NCBI GenBank assembly: GCA_965222375.1
Contig: CBDCTZ010000016.1
Coordinates: forward strand, 672,001-736,000
Source: Polyangiaceae bacterium
GTDB taxonomy: Bacteria > Myxococcota_A > Polyangia > Polyangiales > Polyangiaceae
DNA: 64,000 nucleotides
Reading direction: 5' to 3'
In this document: positions 1-6,085 of the stretch, in pieces
Layout: every line of letters begins with the position of its first letter
Position numbering within the stretch: position 1 is the stretch's first letter
Notes under the pieces: model-generated
The model's database searches: none
Seen by the model: the letters and a program-made list of their open reading frames with translations, nothing else
What the model was told of the DNA's origin: nothing
Translations under genes and position numbers: made by a program

Positions 1-2
1 CG

Positions 3-152
3 GCGTTTTCCCAGGAGCGGGACGTGCTGGAGATCGACGCTTTGATTCGTCTGGGTCGCCGCTCCGAGGCGGTCGCCAAAGGGGACCAGTTCGCCAAGTA
101 CTACCCAAAGTCCGGGCACCGCCGCCGCATCGACGCGCTGTTGGGGCGCTAG
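3..152 (+). CDS. Partial CDS (3' end); TPR-like C-terminus typical of myxobacterial anti-sigma/TPR proteins
   Basis: Frame 3 reads AFSQERDVLEIDALIRLGRRSEAVAKGDQFAKYYPKSGHRRRIDALLGR* (TAG 150-152); 10 bp before next gene. Confidence 0.6.
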   Translation, partial: AFSQERDVLEIDALIRLGRRSEAVAKGDQFAKYYPKSGHRRRIDALLGR

Positions 153-162
153 CGTCAGGTCG

Positions 163-1395
163 GTGCGCATGCTCACTGCCTCTCCGTTGCCTACTGCGGC
201 TCGCATCCCCTGGCTTCGAGCTACCTGCCTGACCGCACTCGGCGCGCTGTCCTTGGCGTGCTCCACGCGCTCCGAGGTGGGTAGCTTTAAGCCAGAGGTC
301 GACGCAGCCGCCGACGTCGGCCTGTCGGACAGTGGCGGCAATGTCGACGCCTCGCTCAACCTGGCACCTTCCACGGCGCGGTTGTCCCTAGGCGGCTCCG
401 CCAGCTGCGCCATCACGGCTCAGGGCGGAGTGCAGTGTTGGGGCGACAACACCTTCGGCCAGCTGGGCGTCGGTGATGTCAATTTGAATGGCTCGGTGCA
501 GCCGCTACCCGTGAAGGGGCTCAGTGTGGGAGTGCGCGCGGTCTTCGGCGGCCCAGTGTCCCATTGTGCGGTGCTGCAAGCGGGGCACGCCACCTGTTGG
601 GGCGACGCGCTATTCGGTGTCTTCACGGGTCAACCCGGACATGGAAACCATTTTGCGACCCCGTCTCCCGTCGATGCGCCGGGGCTCGCCTTCGTCGCCA
701 GCATGGCGCTCGGGATCTACTTCCACTGTGCCCTGACCACCGACGGAAGCGCGAAGTGCTACGGCCTGAACAGCTCGGGTCAGTTGGGGACCGGCGCCCT
801 GGGCGATAACTTCACACCCGTGGGCGTGTTGGGCCTAGAGCCCGCGCAAGACATGGGCGCGGCTGGTTTCTTCACCTGTGCGGTCACCGGTTCAGGCGCT
901 GTGAAGTGCTGGGGATTCAACGATCACGGACAATTGGGCAACGGCACCAAGGACGCGGCGCTCGCCCCCGTCGATGTCGCAGGCCTACCCGCCAGCGCCA
1001 GCGCTGTCGAAAACGGACGCGACCATGCGTGTGCTCTGGTCGACGGCAACGTGTGGTGCTGGGGTAGCAACGCCGAAGGCCAACTCGGCACCCCACCAGG
1101 TGTCGACGGATTGGTTCCCGCTCAGGTTCCCGGTCTTCCGCCCAGCGTCGAAATCGCCTGCGGCACCCGCCACAGCTGCGCTCGCTCCGACGCCGGCGCG
1201 GTGCACTGTTGGGGCGCTACCGACAGCGGCGCTTCGCCCGCGGGTCCTCTGCAAGTCATCCCCGCGGCCGCCGTCGAACTCGCCGCCGGCGGCCGTCACA
1301 GCTGCGCGATACTAGCGAACGGAACGCTACGCTGCTGGGGCAGCAACGACAGCGGACAGCTAGGCCCCTATTCCGGACCCGGTGCGCAGCTCTAG
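163..1395 (+). CDS. RCC1/BLIP-II repeat beta-propeller lipoprotein
   Basis: Lipobox SLAC; ~7 repeats of C-A-x4-G-x-V-x-C-W-G-x-N-x2-GQLG. Confidence 0.9.
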   Translation: MRMLTASPLPTAARIPWLRATCLTALGALSLACSTRSEVGSFKPEVDAAADVGLSDSGGNVDASLNLAPSTARLSLGGSASCAITAQGGVQCWGDNTFGQLGVGDVNLNGSVQPLPVKGLSVGVRAVFGGPVSHCAVLQAGHATCWGDALFGVFTGQPGHGNHFATPSPVDAPGLAFVASMALGIYFHCALTTDGSAKCYGLNSSGQLGTGALGDNFTPVGVLGLEPAQDMGAAGFFTCAVTGSGAVKCWGFNDHGQLGNGTKDAALAPVDVAGLPASASAVENGRDHACALVDGNVWCWGSNAEGQLGTPPGVDGLVPAQVPGLPPSVEIACGTRHSCARSDAGAVHCWGATDSGASPAGPLQVIPAAAVELAAGGRHSCAILANGTLRCWGSNDSGQLGPYSGPGAQL

Positions 1396-1488
1396 AAACT
1401 TCGGGCTGTCGCCTGCGACTACCTCTGTTTGTTTGGCTGCCCACCCCCGCCTCGCTCCGCTCGGCTTGCCCCTCCCAAACGTCGTGCT

Positions 1489-3449
1489 GTGCGTCAAGAA
1501 AGCTTCGATCAGGAGGAAGTCATGTAAGAGCCAGACATAACTGAAACTTGATGTAGTGACCCAGCGGGTTGGAGTCCCGCTCAGCCAAGGGTGCGCCGCC
1601 AGCTGAAAGCGAGTCTTGCGTGGCAGTCACAACCGAAAGGGAGGACTGCTGCGAAGCGTAGACAGCGAGCGTGCAGGCCGTGCAATTGGGCCGCGAAAGG
1701 TTGGTAGTCGTGGGAGCCGACGGCTCAGCACAGGCCGGAAGGCAATACCAGCGGAGCAAGAGTCAGGGGCAACGCCCCGACGGCGTGTCTCCGCGGTCCC
1801 ACCGAGGTCGTAGAACACGGCATGTGCGCGAAGGGGTCACCGAGGAACTTGAGAGGTCCTGTCCGCTCCGGGAAACCGGAACTGCCAAGCAAGCGCAAGT
1901 GAGCGAGGTGGGGCGGGCGGGAAGTCCGAGCGCCAAATAGTAGTCGAAGCCGGGGAAGCCTCCCAAGCGACCCGGTGGAGCGAAGGATGGCGCCGGGTCA
2001 CGGAACCGAAAGAGGGAAAGATGAGTGAGACATCGAGCTCAACAAGCATCTCAACGAAAGTCGAAAGGATAGCAACGCTGGCGCAGCAAGCGCCCGACAT
2101 GGCGTTCACGACGCTGGCCCATCACATCGACCTGGAGTGGCTGCGCGAAGCGCACCGCAGGACTCGCAAGGATGGTGCTGTGGGCGTGGACGGGCAGAGC
2201 GCGCAAGAGTACGCGGCCAACCTGGAGGAACATCTCCAGTCGCTGCTCGACCGCGCGAAGTCCGGCACATACCGAGCCCCACCCGTGCGGCGTGTGCACA
2301 TCCCCAAGGGGGGAGGGAAGGAAACGCGCCCGCTTGGGATCCCAACCTTCGAGGACAAGGTGTTGCAACGAGCAGTCGCGATGGTGCTCGAAGCAGTCTA
2401 TGAGCAGGACTTCTTGAACTGCTCCTATGGCTTCCGGCCAGGGCGCTCTGCGCACCAGGCTCTGGAAACGCTTCGGACACCGATGGTCAAGATGGCTGGC
2501 GGTTGGGTTCTGGAGATCGATATACGAAAGTTTTTCGATACCTTGGACCACGGACGACTACGGGAAGTGCTGCGCTGCAGGGTGCGCGATGGCGTGATCC
2601 TGCGCTTGATCGGCAAGTGGCTGAATGCAGGAGTGCTGGAGTCCGGGCGGCTGAGCTACCCGGATGCCGGCACGCCACAGGGCGGGGTGATCTCGCCGTT
2701 GCTGGCAAACATCTACCTGCATGAGGTGCTTGACGTCTGGTTCGAGCGACAAGTGCGTCCCCGCCTTCGGGCTCGGGCGCACCTCGTTCGCTACGCGGAC
2801 GATGCCGTCATGCTGTTCGAGTTCGAGGAAGACGCCAGGCGTGTGTTCGAGGTCTTGCCGAAGCGATTCGCCAAGTTCGGGCTCACGCTGCACGCCGAAA
2901 AGACAAAGCTCGTGCCGTTCAAACGGCCGGACCGGATCCGACGGCGTCGCGGCGGCGAGGGTGAGGGGCCATCGGGGCCTAGCTCCTTCAACTTCCTCGG
3001 CTTCACCTTCCACTGGGCAAAGAGCCTGGCTGGCAAGTGGGTGGTGAGGACGCGAACAGCGAAAGACAGATACCAGAGAGCGGTCAACGCCATCGCACAG
3101 TGGTGTCGGAATCACCGGCATGCTTCTGTGCGAGTACAGCGTCAGGCGCTGGCTGCGAAACTTCGCGGTCACTACGCCTACTTCGGCCGTACCGGCAACT
3201 TCAGCCGCCTCTGGAGCTTGTACTTCGCCACTGTGCGGAAGTGGAAGCGCTGGCTGTCTCGACGCTCCGACAAAGCGCGACTCACCTGGCCTGCGATGGA
3301 TCGGCTACTGGAGCGCAATCCGCTCCCGAAACCCGATGCCTCGCGCCGCTTCGCGTAGCAAAGCCGTGGCCTGAGGAGCCGGATGCGGGAAATCCGCACG
3401 TCCGGATCTGTCCGGGGGGCGGCCCGTAAAGGGCCGTCCCTACCGGGAG
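1489..3449 (+). mobile_element. Group II intron (ribozyme plus RT ORF, no endonuclease domain; bacterial class E/F-like)
   Basis: 5' GTGCG at 1489; loop AGCAC (1727-1731) complementary to exon GTGCT (1484-1488) = EBS1/IBS1; domain V GAGCCGGATGCGGGAAATCCGCACGTCCGGATC (~3376-3408); domain VI ending CCCTACCGGGAG with bulged A at 3442. Confidence 0.88.
2021..3358 (+). CDS. ltrA: Group II intron reverse transcriptase/maturase
   Basis: [53 protein letters not shown]; domain X; no HNH tail. Confidence 0.96.
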   Translation: MSETSSSTSISTKVERIATLAQQAPDMAFTTLAHHIDLEWLREAHRRTRKDGAVGVDGQSAQEYAANLEEHLQSLLDRAKSGTYRAPPVRRVHIPKGGGKETRPLGIPTFEDKVLQRAVAMVLEAVYEQDFLNCSYGFRPGRSAHQALETLRTPMVKMAGGWVLEIDIRKFFDTLDHGRLREVLRCRVRDGVILRLIGKWLNAGVLESGRLSYPDAGTPQGGVISPLLANIYLHEVLDVWFERQVRPRLRARAHLVRYADDAVMLFEFEEDARRVFEVLPKRFAKFGLTLHAEKTKLVPFKRPDRIRRRRGGEGEGPSGPSSFNFLGFTFHWAKSLAGKWVVRTRTAKDRYQRAVNAIAQWCRNHRHASVRVQRQALAAKLRGHYAYFGRTGNFSRLWSLYFATVRKWKRWLSRRSDKARLTWPAMDRLLERNPLPKPDASRRFA

Positions 3450-3529
3450 CGGCGGCCGTCCCACCACGCCGCTGCCCACCAGCCGCCTGCGCCGCCGTGG
3501 GAGGGGCGCGGCGCCTTGTTGCGCGAAGG

Positions 3530-3937
3530 TCAGCGCGTCCAGTTCTCGACCTTCAATCCGGGCATTCGCACCACATGAGCTGTGTCCGCGGTCACCAAAA
3601 CACTCCCGGTCGCCACGGCGTGGGCTGCGATAGCGATGTCAAAGTCTTCCACGACGTCACCACGTTATTCCAAGGAAGCTTTGATCGCTCCGAAAGCGTC
3701 ACTGGTCTCGTCCGTCCACGGGATCCTGCTGAGTTCTTCCCGCACCAATTCGAAACGCTCCGTCAGCACTCCCTTTCGTTTCGAGGTGGGGAGCCTGGCG
3801 ATTCCGTAGGCGATCTCGGAGACGACGGATTGGGGGATTGCCACTGACGTCTTCTCTGCTCGCCGTAGTCGAGCGAGTAAGTTCAAGTCTCCCTTCATCA
3901 GTGCGGACACCGCGTTCGTATCCAGGATGTGTTTCAC
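3530..3937 (-). pseudogene. vapC: VapC/PIN-domain toxin interrupted by an in-frame TAA (3665-3667)
   Basis: N-term ILDTN...SEIAYG; same frame continues past stop as RGDVVEDFDIAIAAHAVATGSVLVTADTAHVVRMPGLKVENWTR* (TGA 3532-3530), the canonical PIN C-terminus. Confidence 0.88.
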
Positions 3938-4179
3938 AGTGGTGGGCCCTTGGATCGGCGCGCGCCCACCACAGCATCCAGTAGCCGGTCAACGTCAGCC
4001 TCGAGTTGCTCATCTGTCTCTTCCAGCTGCTCGAAAAAACCAGGTGACCAGGTCGCGGCGCCCTCGATCTCTCGTTCCAACGCGCGTATGATCAGTTTGT
4101 TGCGGCTGATCTTGAGCGCCCGCGCCCGACGGTCGACCGCTTCGAGCAGGTCCTTTGGGATATGCACGCTCGTTGCCAT
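3934..4179 (-). CDS. Ribbon-helix-helix (CopG-like) antitoxin, 81 aa
   Basis: MATSVHIPKDLLEAVDRRARALKISRNKLIIRALE; stop overlaps toxin start by 4 bp; acidic C-terminus. Confidence 0.85.
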   Translation of the reverse strand: MATSVHIPKDLLEAVDRRARALKISRNKLIIRALEREIEGAATWSPGFFEQLEETDEQLEADVDRLLDAVVGARRSKGPPL

Positions 4180-4181
4180 TT

Positions 4182-4204
4182 CAAATATATTTATAGTATA
4201 TTTG
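4182..4204. promoter_or_regulatory. AT-rich inverted repeat CAAATATA-N7-TATATTTG; probable TA operator overlapping -10 region
   Basis: Perfect 8-bp arms just upstream of antitoxin ATG; minus-strand TATACT/TATAAA; no Shine-Dalgarno. Confidence 0.7.
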
Positions 4205-4222
4205 ACCACGCTCGTCATGGGT

Positions 4223-4330
4223 GGCTGCCGTTCCACCCTCTCGGCACGGGCTCGCCACTTCTTGGTGGCGTCCAAGTTGCCGCGCGCCCAAGAGGGCTGC
4301 CGTTCCACCCTCTCGGCACGGGCTCGCCAC
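4223..4330. repeat. Two identical 36-bp direct repeats separated by a 36-bp spacer
   Basis: GGCTGCCGTTCCACCCTCTCGGCACGGGCTCGCCAC at 4223-4258 and 4295-4330. Confidence 0.95.
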
Positions 4331-4366
4331 AGTTGTCAGAAACAGCCTCTCAGCTGTGGACAACTG
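4330..4366. terminator. Hairpin downstream of the 117-aa gene; possible terminator
   Basis: CAGTTGTC..ACAGC / GCTGT.GACAACTG arms; no clear U tract. Confidence 0.4.
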
Positions 4367-4372
4367 CTGAAA

Positions 4373-4726
4373 TCACGCCGCTACTTCGCCGCGTTGCCAC
4401 ACCGGGAAGCTGTCGTTGTCCGTGCAGCCCATGGCGGCGATGACGGCGTGGTTGTCGAAGCCAGGGAGCTCTTGCAGGCGGTGGAGTAGTTCGTTATAGC
4501 CGGCCGCCTCCGAGGGCACGGCGCAGCCGCCTTGGTCGCCAATCAGGAGCCAAAACACGTCGTCGACGAACGGGCCTTGGTCGGTGGTGACGATGTGAAC
4601 TTCGCGCAGCTCGCTCCAGCGCACGCTTTCGGTGCGGCCGTCGGCCATCGTGCGCACGACGCCTCCGTCGTCAACGCTGACGGCTTCTTGCTGCCTGCGG
4701 AACATACCTTTCAAAAACTCGAACAT
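4373..4726 (-). CDS. Hypothetical protein, 117 aa (possibly PH-like fold)
   Basis: Strong RBS (AAGGAGGT on minus strand); normal composition; VRWSEL...TTDQGPFVDDVFW motif. Confidence 0.85.
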   Translation of the reverse strand: MFEFLKGMFRRQQEAVSVDDGGVVRTMADGRTESVRWSELREVHIVTTDQGPFVDDVFWLLIGDQGGCAVPSEAAGYNELLHRLQELPGFDNHAVIAAMGCTDNDSFPVWQRGEVAA

Positions 4727-4780
4727 GGCTACCTCCTTGCGCCCACTGGGCGCTGTGCTTTGTGTAGAACTAGCCTGTAG

Positions 4781-4812
4781 CCCATAGATTGGTTACACAA
4801 CCAATCTATGGG
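4781..4812. promoter_or_regulatory. Perfect 14-bp inverted repeat, probable TetR operator
   Basis: CCCATAGATTGGTT-ACAC-AACCAATCTATGGG overlapping the tetR ATG (4808), between divergent genes. Confidence 0.8.
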
Positions 4813-5353
4813 AAGACCGAGCAAACGCGCCGAGCGCCGGGGGCAGATCCTGCAAGCCTTTGCCCGCGTGCTCGCGGATCACGGCTACGCGGGTTCCACC
4901 ATCGCAGCCGTGGCGAACGAGGCCGGCCTGGCGCCGGGCCTGGTGCATCACCACTTCGAGAGCAAGCAGGATTTGCTCGTCAGCTTGCTGCAGACGCTCA
5001 TCGCCGGGTTCCGTAGACGGGTGCAGAGCTACGAGCAGGGCGAGGACCCACTACTGGCCTACGTGGATGGCGCCTTGAAGCTCGACGAACGAGCGGACGT
5101 CACCGCAGCCCGATGCTGGGTCGGACTATTTGCCGAAGCGATCCGCAACCCGACTCTCTTCAAACAAGTGCGCCGCATGATTGATCTCGAGATCGACGCG
5201 ATCCGAGGGCGCTCGGGCCACAAGCTGAGCGAACACCAGTCCGCATCGATCCTCGCGTACATCATTGGCGCCTTGGTCTTGGGCGCCTTCGCCCCAAAGA
5301 AGACCGCCGGCTTCGCCGGGCCCGGTCTGCGGCAGCTCATCCAGAGCATGTGA
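4808..5353 (+). CDS. TetR/AcrR (BetI-like) transcriptional regulator
   Basis: RRGQILQAF...GYAGSTIAAVANEAGLAPGLVHHHFESKQDL HTH. Confidence 0.92.
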   Translation: MGRPSKRAERRGQILQAFARVLADHGYAGSTIAAVANEAGLAPGLVHHHFESKQDLLVSLLQTLIAGFRRRVQSYEQGEDPLLAYVDGALKLDERADVTAARCWVGLFAEAIRNPTLFKQVRRMIDLEIDAIRGRSGHKLSEHQSASILAYIIGALVLGAFAPKKTAGFAGPGLRQLIQSM

Positions 5354-5395
5354 CGCCGGGAGCATGAGCACCGCGACGCAACTTCCCGAAAACGA

Positions 5396-5584
5396 CACGG
5401 TGCCCCCCCACACAATGAGGGCGGGCAGTGTGGCGTGTGAATCGGTCGAAGTCGGGACGAGTTGCGGGGTTCAGGCTCCGGAGCATTGCGCCCGCCACGC
5501 AAGCTTCGAAAGAAGCACGGTGCCCCCCCACACAAAGAGGGCGGGCAGTGTGGTGCGGGAATCGGCCGCGGTCGGGGCGAGTTG
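5396..5584. repeat. Two ~68-bp imperfect direct repeats, period 120 bp, REP-like hairpins
   Basis: CACGGTGCCCCCCACACAAWGAGGGCGGGCAGTGTGG... at 5396 and 5516; internal CCACAC/GTGTGG arms. Confidence 0.85.
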
Positions 5585-5626
5585 TCCAGAATCTTGGGTG
5601 CTCCCCGGTCAGCGCGATAGCGCGCT

Positions 5627-5880
5627 TCACTTCAATTCGTGGGCGCCAACGTCGAAAGCGGCGCCCTTCGGGCGTTTGGACCCATCGGCGTCGGAGTAAG
5701 CGTGTGCTGAAAGGTCCTTCAGGATTTCCTTGGATAATCCGGGCAGCGTCGTGGGATCGATACCGGCGTCCACTACTGGGCTTGACGGCGATGGCCGCAA
5801 GGCTGTCCCAAGATCCCATGGAGCGACAGCGGTCTTCCACTGGCCATCGTTGCTCGGGTGCACCTTGGGGGCGTTCAAAA
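5627..5880 (-). pseudogene. Orphan C-terminal fragment of a choice-of-anchor-Q-type secreted protein
   Basis: LRPSPSSPVVDAG...DADGSKRPKGAAFDVGAHELK* matches SPAIDAG...D.DG..RP.G...DIGAYE motif; upstream part of ORF 5627-6046 is not protein-like. Confidence 0.6.
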
Positions 5881-5990
5881 AGGACGGAACACAGAAGGCA
5901 CGCACCGCCGCGGGCGTGCCGCGTGGGGAATGGCGAGAGTAGTGCCCTGATTCGCACTGCTGATGCGACCCCCCAAACCAAAAACGCAAG

Positions 5991-6085
5991 ACCTGCTGGA
6001 GATCCGTTGGCTCGCGATGCTCTGTTTCGAGGTGCTCCAGGCCCAACCGGCAACACCTGCTGGAGATCCGCTAGCTCGCGATGCT
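5991..6085. repeat. 31-bp direct repeat (29/31) duplicating the 3' end of the kinase gene
   Basis: ACCTGCTGGAGATCCGYTRGCTCGCGATGCT at 5991-6021 and 6055-6085. Confidence 0.85.

Noticed and set aside
1591..1595. Alternative intron 5' end (second GTGCG)
   Set aside because: Preceding CCAAGG does not pair with the AGCAC loop, whereas GTGCT before 1489 does.
2021..3358. Retron, DGR or defence RT
   Set aside because: Clear group II domains V/VI and maturase domain; no TR/VR pair seen, including against the FGE-fold gene.
4330..4366. Integron attC site
   Set aside because: Order is GTT...AAC rather than RYYYAAC...GTTRRRY; no integrase in the window.
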